Shown here: one piece after another, positions 50,193 through 58,120 of the stretch
How positions within the stretch are numbered: position 1 is the first letter of the stretch
Layout: every line of letters starts with the position of its first letter
From: a virus
Lineage: Duplodnaviria > Caudoviricetes
Reading direction: 5' to 3' (one strand)
Virus record (IMG/VR): IMGVR_UViG_3300010354_000087
Span: 1 to 63,668 of that record
Length of the DNA stretch: 63,668 nt
Position numbers and translations under genes: made by a program
The notes under the pieces: generated by a model
Seen by the model: the letters and a program-made list of their open reading frames with translations, nothing else
The model's database searches: none
What the model was told of the DNA's origin: nothing

Positions 50193-50474
50193 ATGGGAAA
50201 CCTAACTCCAAATGTTCCTCTTATATACGAAAGTCCGGATGGAGGTAAAACTATCTATGCAAGAGAAAGAGGAAGTAGTGAAAGAACACTAGTAGGATAC
50301 CATTATGACATAAACAATAGTCATGTCAACACCAAAAGTCCAGGTCAGCAAGACTACGAAGATCATATTTTATGGAACGAAATTAGACAAGAAGCGAAAA
50401 CCAATCCTGCTTTACAAAAGGCCATGGATCGTGTTAAACTTATATATAGACTATCTAAGGATAATCCAAAATGA
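50193..50474 (+). CDS. Hypothetical protein
   Basis: 93 aa; IYESPDGGKTIYARE. Confidence 0.6.
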   Translation: MGNLTPNVPLIYESPDGGKTIYARERGSSERTLVGYHYDINNSHVNTKSPGQQDYEDHILWNEIRQEAKTNPALQKAMDRVKLIYRLSKDNPK

Positions 50475-50752
50475 GTAATGACGTTGACAAAATTAAAAAT
50501 AGTCGTCGTAGGCTAAAGGATGAAAATGCTGTAGCCAAACAAGTTAAGATAGCCAAAGCATATAATATTCCTATAGAAGAACCGCATAAATTAGCAAAAC
50601 ATCATGCTACTAATTGCGGAAATCCTAAATGTATAATGTGTTCTAATCCTAGAAAAATGTTCAAAGAACTTTCTATGCAAGAACGCAGACTATTTCAAGA
50701 CATAGATACTCCAAATGACAAACACAGTAACGGACTAAAACCTAATGAGTGA
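50471..50752 (+). CDS. Hypothetical Cys/His-rich small protein
   Basis: HH..NCGNPKC.MC.NPR putative zinc site. Confidence 0.6.
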   Translation: MSNDVDKIKNSRRRLKDENAVAKQVKIAKAYNIPIEEPHKLAKHHATNCGNPKCIMCSNPRKMFKELSMQERRLFQDIDTPNDKHSNGLKPNE

Positions 50753-51221
50753 TAAAATTGAACTAAAAGAAAAAATAGCAGCAGTAGATCTTGGTGTAAA
50801 GAACCTTTGGGATAATTTAGACGACGACAACAAAAAGATTTTAAAAAATGAATTTTTCCTTCTAAATCGGTATATTAGTAATGTTAAATCCAGTAATAGA
50901 GAAATAAAGGAACATTATTTATTGACTGTAAATGAATTTTTTAACAAACATTGGAATGACCTACAAAAACATCCCAAGCTTATGTGGTTACTATTATCAA
51001 TGTGTTCCTACGATAGCAAGCAATTGTTTTATCACGAATGGATTGGATTTAAGAAAAAAGAAGCAGGACATAATAAAGTAATTAAATTTTTATCTGAAAT
51101 ATATACAGATAAGAAAAATGACGAAATCGAACTTATGTCTAAATTATTTAATAAATCTGATCTTAAAGAACTGGCTAAAAACTATGGTTATAGCGATAGT
51201 GAAATAGCTAGACTATTTTAA
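50745..51221 (+). CDS. Clamp-loader small subunit (T4 gp62)-like protein
   Basis: FLLNRYIS...VNE..N...W motif pattern; replication context. Confidence 0.45.
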   Translation: MSDKIELKEKIAAVDLGVKNLWDNLDDDNKKILKNEFFLLNRYISNVKSSNREIKEHYLLTVNEFFNKHWNDLQKHPKLMWLLLSMCSYDSKQLFYHEWIGFKKKEAGHNKVIKFLSEIYTDKKNDEIELMSKLFNKSDLKELAKNYGYSDSEIARLF

Positions 51222-51222
51222 T

Positions 51223-51915
51223 ATGCTAGAATTAAAAGTGACTAAATTTAATTGTCCGTATTGTAAAAGCACCTTTACACAAGAAAGAACGCTTGCTGTT
51301 CATATGTGCGAGCAAAAACGCCGACAATTCGCTAAAGACGATAAGGCATCCATTTTAGGACACGAAACTTATAATAGATTTTATAAACTTACTCAAAACG
51401 CAAAAGAAAATAAGACTTATGACGAATTCGCAAAAAGTCAATATTATAATGCATTTGTTAAATTTGGGAGTTTTTTAAGTAATGTGAACCCTTTATATCC
51501 AGATAAATTTATAGATTATGTAATTAAAAGTGGAGTGAAACTTGATCATTGGTGTAAAGAATCTTTATATGAAAAATATGTTATTGATCTAGTTCATACC
51601 GAAAGTGTAGAAACTGCACTTGAAAGATCTATTAATCATATGGAATTATGGGCTAAAGATAATGATAGTTTATGGAACCATTACTTTTTATATGTAAGCA
51701 CTAACAGAGCATCTTATGATATCAAAGACGGAAAAGTGAGTCCTTGGCTTATCCTTAACTGCTCTAGCGGCAAAAAATTGCTTGAATCGATGAGAGACGA
51801 TCAGCTTTCTTCTATAAGTAATATAATAGATCCTACAATTTGGATTAAAAAATTTAGGTCAAAATCTTTTGACTTGGATCTAGTTAAACGTATAGTTCAG
51901 GAGGCGAATCTATGA
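51223..51915 (+). CDS. Hypothetical protein with an N-terminal zinc finger
   Basis: CPYC...F..ERTL..HMC. Confidence 0.6.
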   Translation: MLELKVTKFNCPYCKSTFTQERTLAVHMCEQKRRQFAKDDKASILGHETYNRFYKLTQNAKENKTYDEFAKSQYYNAFVKFGSFLSNVNPLYPDKFIDYVIKSGVKLDHWCKESLYEKYVIDLVHTESVETALERSINHMELWAKDNDSLWNHYFLYVSTNRASYDIKDGKVSPWLILNCSSGKKLLESMRDDQLSSISNIIDPTIWIKKFRSKSFDLDLVKRIVQEANL

Positions 51916-52094
51916 ACGTTCAAACAGAAATAGTTGAAGCAAATTTGAATATGGAAATAATTCTTTCGGAGACAGATAAAAGTTTGTATGTAAAATTAAC
52001 TGGATTTCAAACAGTTGAAGACGCAGATGATTACGCATCATATCTAGCAGATCATCTTCCTTTAATGTTATTTCACTCAGAGGTAATGCACTAA
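51912..52094 (+). CDS. Hypothetical protein
   Basis: 60 aa, ATGA and TAATG coupled. Confidence 0.55.
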   Translation: MNVQTEIVEANLNMEIILSETDKSLYVKLTGFQTVEDADDYASYLADHLPLMLFHSEVMH

Positions 52095-52672
52095 TGCCAG
52101 ACATAGACATAGATTTCGCCAATAGGGATCAAATCTTAAAATATGTGAAGCATATTACGGCAGCTAGATTAGACAAAGATAATCTAGTGAGTCATAATAC
52201 AGGAATCTACATACAACCGGTTCCGCACAATCCTTTAACAAACAAGGCAACTATCGATTATAAAGAAGCAGAAGAGCGCGGTTATTTTAAAATTGATTTT
52301 TTAAATGTTGGCCTATATAAACAAGTTAAAAATGAAGAACATTTAAATGCTTTAATATCTCAGGAGCCATTATGGGAACTTTTAGAACAGGACGATTTCG
52401 TCAATTTGCTCTTTCACGTCAACGGACATGGTTCGATCTTAAGAGAAATGAAACCAAAGACAATACCCCAACTTGCGGCAGTTTTGGCAATGATACGCCC
52501 CGCGAAACGCTATCTGATTGGGAAAGATTGGACTACAGTGATGAACGAAGTATGGATGAAACCTGAAGGAGAAGAATACTATTTTAAGAAATCACATGCA
52601 ATAGCTTATGCAACTGCTGTAGTAGTTCAAATGAATTTAATTTGTGAAAGTATTAGCTACGATTTTTCATAA
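52094..52672 (+). CDS. Miniature DNA polymerase III alpha (DnaE)-like catalytic domain protein
   Basis: PDIDIDF, HNTGIY, KIDFL, LAMIRP and YFKKSHAIAYA motifs in 192 aa. Confidence 0.75.
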   Translation: MPDIDIDFANRDQILKYVKHITAARLDKDNLVSHNTGIYIQPVPHNPLTNKATIDYKEAEERGYFKIDFLNVGLYKQVKNEEHLNALISQEPLWELLEQDDFVNLLFHVNGHGSILREMKPKTIPQLAAVLAMIRPAKRYLIGKDWTTVMNEVWMKPEGEEYYFKKSHAIAYATAVVVQMNLICESISYDFS

Positions 52673-53050
52673 TCACTTTTTCATCGGTCTAATTAGTTGA
52701 ACTTGTTTTCTTTTAATTCGTTTTAGACTCATATTAAGCAAATTTACAGTAGGACCAAGAATAACGCGAACATCTTTACTATTAAAAGTCTTTATTGCAT
52801 ATCTGTATGGTTCTATCTCTTTTCTACAAAAAATACTTATTGGAATCTGTCTATTACTTTCCCACCACCAGATTTCTCCAATTTGTAATAGTTCAGTCTT
52901 TTCTTCCTGAGATTTGAGCACACCTAGATCAAAAAAGCTAGTTACAAATTGATCTTGATTAATAATTATACCTACATATTCGTCGTCACCGTAGTGTAAA
53001 ACTGTTATGTAAGGAAGCTGATCTTGTATATTTTGTCTTAATTTCACCAT
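52673..53050 (-). CDS. Hypothetical protein
   Basis: Protein-like ORF from MVKLRQ; WWWESNRQIPI. Confidence 0.6.
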   Translation of the reverse strand: MVKLRQNIQDQLPYITVLHYGDDEYVGIIINQDQFVTSFFDLGVLKSQEEKTELLQIGEIWWWESNRQIPISIFCRKEIEPYRYAIKTFNSKDVRVILGPTVNLLNMSLKRIKRKQVQLIRPMKK

Positions 53051-53074
53051 AAATACTTGTAAGGCCGAACACCG

Positions 53075-53881
53075 ATGCAAAAAATTTCAAGTTATTTATA
53101 TCCAAACCGAATTAATTTAACTGTTGATTTGGCAACTCATCCTACGGAGTGGAGAATCGTGTATCAACGTAAATTTAAAATTTATAAAGGTTTTAAGAAC
53201 GACCTTTTACTAGACATAAAAAATGCTGAGCAAAAAAGAATTAATGTAAGTGATAAAAACATTATGTTCCTTATATTAGATCAGAATAACCAAGAAATCT
53301 ATTCATCCTCAGTTACACATTCTAGCACTGCTGGGCTTGCTACTGTAAGCATTCCCGCTTCGACCTTTGATTATGTGAAGCCACAATTCTTAAAGTATTC
53401 AGTTTATATTTTAAACATTGATACATCAAAAACACCAGTATATGGTGATACGCAATTCGGTTTAACAGGAACTATAGAGCTAATCGACAGTGGTTTAGAA
53501 CAACCTATTCAAGAACTAGTTATAGATACTTTTAATTATATGACAGACGAATCTGTTTACCCATTCGTTAAAAAATATACCAGTGAATCTGTTTTGGTTA
53601 ATAGCCCCAATGATATTGTAGCTAATCCAACTATCGAATTAGATTTTATTTTTAATAATTTTGAAGGCTCTATATCAACACAGTTTACAGAAGACAGTGT
53701 TGTCCAAACAGAATCTATTTGGAAAACCGTAGAAACTTTTAATGTTGCTTCAACTACAACAACCTTGACTAAAACTTACACTAATCCATCTTACTCAAAA
53801 AATGTAAATTGGCTACGTATTCAATATGTTTTAAATCCTAATACCACCGGAAAAATTGACAAAATAATAGTAAGACGCTAA
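53075..53881 (+). CDS. Hypothetical beta-rich late (virion?) protein
   Basis: TAAATA at 53050-53055 upstream; beta-strand-rich sequence. Confidence 0.55.
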   Translation: MQKISSYLYPNRINLTVDLATHPTEWRIVYQRKFKIYKGFKNDLLLDIKNAEQKRINVSDKNIMFLILDQNNQEIYSSSVTHSSTAGLATVSIPASTFDYVKPQFLKYSVYILNIDTSKTPVYGDTQFGLTGTIELIDSGLEQPIQELVIDTFNYMTDESVYPFVKKYTSESVLVNSPNDIVANPTIELDFIFNNFEGSISTQFTEDSVVQTESIWKTVETFNVASTTTTLTKTYTNPSYSKNVNWLRIQYVLNPNTTGKIDKIIVRR

Positions 53882-53884
53882 ACT
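53856..53884 (+). promoter_or_regulatory. Sigma70-like promoter TTGACA-N17-TAAACT
   Basis: -10 box ends 6 nt before the primase ATG. Confidence 0.65.
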
Positions 53885-53890
53885 AAATCT

Positions 53891-54889
53891 ATGAATATTA
53901 TCATAGATACTGTATTCTCTAATCTACCTAGAAAACGTAAAACGACTCCTAGTGGTTGGCATAGTTTCAATGCAGTATGTTGCCATAATACTGGCAATTC
54001 TAGAGATACTAGAAATCGTGGAGGAATAATACAGAATGGTGACAGTGTAAGTTATCATTGCTTTAATTGTCAGTTTAAAACCAGTTGGCAACCAGGACGA
54101 ACTTTATCTCCAAAATTTAAAAAATTTTTAAAATGGTTAGGTGTTTCAGATGATTTAATAACTAAATGCCATTTTGAAAGCCTTAAATTGAAAGACGAGT
54201 TAGTAGATAGACAACTTGAGAAATCATCGAATTTTACAGAACGTTCTCTCCCAGATCAATGTTTTCATTTGAAAGAATGGGCTAGTCGAACTATAGATAA
54301 TCAAAATGCTGAGAATTTTTATAATGTAATTCAATATCTTATGAATAGAGGGTTTCCTAACCCATTCGAGAAAGATTTTTATTGGTCTCCTAATTATCAA
54401 GATAGAGTGATTATTCCTTTTAGATATCAAGATAAAATAGTTGGATATACTGCTAGAAAGATCAAAGAAGGAAAACCTAAGTATATCTCAGAGCAACAAC
54501 CTGGATACGTTTTTAACCTTGATAACCAAGAAGACTGTCGCAGATTTGTCATTATTTGTGAAGGACCATTTGATGCTATTTCAATAGAAGGTGTTGCTAT
54601 ATTAGGCAGTGAAATTTCTTTGAATCAAAAAAGATTAATAGATAAACTAGAACGACCTGTTATTGTTGTCCCTGATAGAGACCACGAAGGACATAAATTA
54701 ATAGAACAGGCTATAGAATTTGGATGGTCAGTAAGCTTTCCAGACTGGGATGATCTTAAAGATATTAACGAAGCTGTGATAAAATATGGCAAAACTCTAT
54801 GTCTTTATAAAATTTTAAATAATGTAGAGTCAAATGAATTGAAGATAAAACTTCTATCTAAAAACTGGCTAAAAGGAAAAAATGTATGA
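53891..54889 (+). CDS. gp61: DNA primase (T4 gp61-like)
   Basis: CC...YHCFNC zinc ribbon, RVIIPF, PKY, CEGPFDA and PDRD TOPRIM motifs, KDINE. Confidence 0.88.
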   Translation: MNIIIDTVFSNLPRKRKTTPSGWHSFNAVCCHNTGNSRDTRNRGGIIQNGDSVSYHCFNCQFKTSWQPGRTLSPKFKKFLKWLGVSDDLITKCHFESLKLKDELVDRQLEKSSNFTERSLPDQCFHLKEWASRTIDNQNAENFYNVIQYLMNRGFPNPFEKDFYWSPNYQDRVIIPFRYQDKIVGYTARKIKEGKPKYISEQQPGYVFNLDNQEDCRRFVIICEGPFDAISIEGVAILGSEISLNQKRLIDKLERPVIVVPDRDHEGHKLIEQAIEFGWSVSFPDWDDLKDINEAVIKYGKTLCLYKILNNVESNELKIKLLSKNWLKGKNV

Positions 54890-54999
54890 GAAAACTTCTT
54901 TATTGGGTCTTATACCCTTATTATAAATTTAGAGAACGCAGGTTAATTAAACAACGATTGAAGGAACTACAAGAACGAGATCCTTTTATCTACAAATGA
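54886..54999 (+). CDS. 37-aa microprotein MRKLLYWVLYPYYKFRERRLIKQRLKELQERDPFIYK (absent from the ORF track)
   Basis: Exactly fills the gap, with ATGA overlaps to both primase and carbamoyltransferase. Confidence 0.75.
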   Translation: MRKLLYWVLYPYYKFRERRLIKQRLKELQERDPFIYK

Positions 55000-56453
55000 T
55001 TACTTGGGGAATATCAGCCAATAGTCACGATGCAAGTCTGGCTGTATTTGAACAAAAAAATTTATTATTTGCCAGTCATAGCGAACGTTTTAGTGAAATT
55101 AAAAATGATGCAAACTTATGCCCTGAACTAATTGAATATGCAGAAAGAAATTATGGCAAACCTAACGAAATTTTTTGGTATGAAAAACCCTGGCTTAAAA
55201 CTCTTAGACAATTTTATGCACGGCAAGGGTATGTTAGAAATAATGTAAAATCATATCTAAAAAATTACAATATTAAGGCTAAAATTAAAACTGTCCAACA
55301 TCATCATAGTCATGCAGCAGCAGGTTTTTATACAAGCAATTTTTCTAAGGCTGTAGTAGTGGTTATTGATGCCATAGGAGAATTTGAAACGATTACTATA
55401 TGGAAAGGTCAAGATAATAAATTACAAAAAATATATTCTCAAAATTATCCTCATAGTGTAGGGTTATGGTATAGTGCTATGACTCAGCGTATAGGACTAA
55501 AACCTAACGAAGAAGAATATATTCTTATGGGTATGGCTGCTTATGGTGACGCTAAGATTCTTGCTCCAAAAATAGCTGAAGACTTTATTGAAGATTTTCA
55601 AAGTTTTAAATTTAAACAAAATCTTCATAGGGGATGCTTGTCCTGGGCTAAGGAACTTGGCATTAAAGATTATTTTAATATTGCTGCTGGAACACAACGA
55701 GTCTATGAGGAAATTTTTAAGAACATTTTATATTTTGCTAAACATATATCCGATGAAGATAATCTAGTATTAATGGGAGGCTGTGCTTTAAACTGTAGTG
55801 CCAATAGCCATGCATTTGGTTTATTTAAAGATATTTGGATAATGCCGAATCCTGGTGATGCTGGGTCGGCTATCGGTGCTGTGCTGGGAGGGAAAAATTT
55901 CAGAATACCTTGGCAGTCGCCTTTTTTAGGATACAATATCGAACCAGAAAATAGTCTTGTAGATATAGTTGATTATCTAATTGAATATAAGATATGTGGG
56001 CTAGCTCAAGGTCCTGCTGAATTTGGTCCAAGAGCATTAGGTAATAGAAGCTTATTGGCAGATCCTCGAGGTCCTGAAATAAAAGATCAAGTTAATAAAA
56101 TAAAACAAAGACAAAAATTTAGACCTTTTGCTCCTATAATACTTGAAGAATTTGTAAACGATTTTTTCGACATTCGCGGTCTTCCTCGACATCATAGATA
56201 TATGCAGTTTACCAGTAAGGCTAGATTTCCTGATCAGTTTCCTGCTATAGTGCATTATGACAATACAAGCAGAGTTCAAACTGTGCCTAGAGATAATTCT
56301 AGAATAAGAAAGCTTTTAGAAATATGGTATGAAAAAACAGGGTGTCCTATGCTTTTAAATACCAGCCTTAATATTAAGGGAAAGCCAATGGTTAATGATC
56401 GAATACATGCTAGGAATTTTGAAACACAATATAACATAAAGGTTTTTACATAA
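54996..56453 (+). CDS. O-carbamoyltransferase (NodU/CmcH/TobZ family)
   Basis: HDAS, HHHSHAA, DAIGE, GGCALN, EFGPRALGNRSLLADP, LLNTSLN. Confidence 0.9.
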   Translation: MITWGISANSHDASLAVFEQKNLLFASHSERFSEIKNDANLCPELIEYAERNYGKPNEIFWYEKPWLKTLRQFYARQGYVRNNVKSYLKNYNIKAKIKTVQHHHSHAAAGFYTSNFSKAVVVVIDAIGEFETITIWKGQDNKLQKIYSQNYPHSVGLWYSAMTQRIGLKPNEEEYILMGMAAYGDAKILAPKIAEDFIEDFQSFKFKQNLHRGCLSWAKELGIKDYFNIAAGTQRVYEEIFKNILYFAKHISDEDNLVLMGGCALNCSANSHAFGLFKDIWIMPNPGDAGSAIGAVLGGKNFRIPWQSPFLGYNIEPENSLVDIVDYLIEYKICGLAQGPAEFGPRALGNRSLLADPRGPEIKDQVNKIKQRQKFRPFAPIILEEFVNDFFDIRGLPRHHRYMQFTSKARFPDQFPAIVHYDNTSRVQTVPRDNSRIRKLLEIWYEKTGCPMLLNTSLNIKGKPMVNDRIHARNFETQYNIKVFT

Positions 56454-57863
56454 ATGACAAAACAAAATGCTGATTATGGATATGATATACAAAAGCTATA
56501 CTTAGAAATTATGCTTACAGATGCAGAAACATTTGTTAGATGCCAAAGTATTTTTGACCCAGACTTATTTGATAGAAAGTTAAATGCAGCAGCAAAATTT
56601 ATCAATGACTACGTGGTAGAACACAATGTCCTTCCTACATTTGAAATAGTTAATGCTGCAACTTCATCTAAGTTTACTAACCCAGGCGAGCTTAGAGAAG
56701 AACATCTAGACTGGTTATTGCAAGATTTTGAAACTTTTATAAGACATAAAGGTTTAGAACGTGCTATTCTACAAAGTGCAGATTTATTAGAAAAAGGTGA
56801 ATATGGACCAGTTGAGGATCTAGTTAAAAAAGCAGTGCAAGTTGGTTTAACTAAAGATATGGGCACTGATTACTTTGCAGACCCTCGTGCTAGACTTATG
56901 AAAATAAAAGATAAAAATGGGCAGATTAGCACAGGATGGCCCAGTGTAGATAAAAAGCTATTTGGAGGAATGAACAAAGGAGAGCTTAACATTTTTGCTG
57001 GTGCATCTGGTGCGGGTAAAAGCTTATTCTTGGCAAATTTAGGTGTAAACTGGGCTTTACAAGGTATGAATGTTGTTTATCTAACTCTTGAACTAAGTGA
57101 AGAACTAGTAAGTATGAGAGTTGATAGTATGGTTACAGAAATACCTAGTAGAGACATTTTTAAACAAATAGACGAAGTTGAAATGCGTGTAAGGGTAATT
57201 GGCAAAAAATCTGGAACATATCAGGTAAAATATCTACCTTCAGGGAAGACAGCCAACGATGTCAGAAGTTATCTTAAAGAATATGAAATCAAGCTAGGAC
57301 GAAAAATAGATGTGCTGCTCATCGATTACCTAGACCTGTTAATGCCTATAAGTAGAAAAATATCTGCTGAGAATCTTTTTATCAAGGACAAATTTGTCAG
57401 TGAAGAACTAAGAAACTTAGCAGTTGAAAAACAGTGTATATTGGTAACTGCTAGTCAGTTAAATCGCGGAGCAGTAGAAGAAGTAGAGTTCGATCATAGT
57501 CATATCAGTGGAGGGTTAAGTAAGATACAGACAGCTGATAATGTGTTTGGAATTTTTACTAGTCGAGCCATGCGAGAACATGGCAGATATCAACTTCAAT
57601 TAATGAAAACACGTAGTTCTAGCGGCGTTGGGCAAAAAATTGATTTAGAGTTTAACGTAGACACACTGAGAATAACCGATCCAGGAGAGGAAGTTGAAAC
57701 GTATGGTCAAACTCAAAGCAAGGCTAATAGTATCCTAAATAATCTCCAAAGAACTAGTAGTATGCTAGTAGATCCTAGTCAAGGAACTAGTGTAAAAACC
57801 AGTCCAACTCAGGTAGAAAGCAGTAAACTACGACAGCTAATTAATAACCTAGACTTAATTTAA
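56454..57863 (+). CDS. gp41: Replicative helicase (T4 gp41/DnaB-like)
   Basis: GASGAGKS, TLELSE, IDYLDL, SEELRNLA, TASQLNR. Confidence 0.9.
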   Translation: MTKQNADYGYDIQKLYLEIMLTDAETFVRCQSIFDPDLFDRKLNAAAKFINDYVVEHNVLPTFEIVNAATSSKFTNPGELREEHLDWLLQDFETFIRHKGLERAILQSADLLEKGEYGPVEDLVKKAVQVGLTKDMGTDYFADPRARLMKIKDKNGQISTGWPSVDKKLFGGMNKGELNIFAGASGAGKSLFLANLGVNWALQGMNVVYLTLELSEELVSMRVDSMVTEIPSRDIFKQIDEVEMRVRVIGKKSGTYQVKYLPSGKTANDVRSYLKEYEIKLGRKIDVLLIDYLDLLMPISRKISAENLFIKDKFVSEELRNLAVEKQCILVTASQLNRGAVEEVEFDHSHISGGLSKIQTADNVFGIFTSRAMREHGRYQLQLMKTRSSSGVGQKIDLEFNVDTLRITDPGEEVETYGQTQSKANSILNNLQRTSSMLVDPSQGTSVKTSPTQVESSKLRQLINNLDLI

Positions 57864-58063
57864 GCACTATATTCTTTGACGAATGGCCGCCAAGTTTGTC
57901 TAGTTCTGTCTGTTAACTTTTGAGCCAACTTGCTGGCCATCTCCTCAGCAATCCACCTCTGAGCAAGGGTGTAACGCCCACTCAGATCTCTTCCTTGAAC
58001 AGTCTGTCTAGTTTCTATATTTCGAGCCATAGGCATTAAAAATGTCTCCATTTTGATCTCCAT
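57860..58063 (-). CDS. Hypothetical small protein
   Basis: ATG at 58063 lies 7 nt after a minus-strand TAAATA. Confidence 0.5.
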   Translation of the reverse strand: MEIKMETFLMPMARNIETRQTVQGRDLSGRYTLAQRWIAEEMASKLAQKLTDRTRQTWRPFVKEYSA

Positions 58064-58070
58064 GATAGAA

Positions 58071-58096
58071 TATTTACCATAAAATATTGGTAAATA
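58071..58096. promoter_or_regulatory. Inverted repeat of late-promoter-like boxes TATTTACCA-N8-TGGTAAATA
   Basis: Lies between divergent genes. Confidence 0.55.
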
Positions 58097-58120
58097 TAGA
58101 TAAATCAAGGACGATAAAAT

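Noticed and set aside
50411-50440. Internal sigma70-like promoter TTTACA-N18-TAAACT
   Set aside because: Plausible but off-consensus and inside a CDS in AT-rich DNA; too weak to list as a feature
52094-52672. Mini-DnaE as a frameshifted pseudogene fragment
   Set aside because: Motifs from distant parts of DnaE are joined in one frame, and the flanking ORFs show no DnaE motifs
32988-57863. Inteins or group I introns in terminase, UvsX, UvsW, primase or helicase
   Set aside because: Lengths and motif spacing are normal; no splice-junction motifs or LAGLIDADG insertions seen
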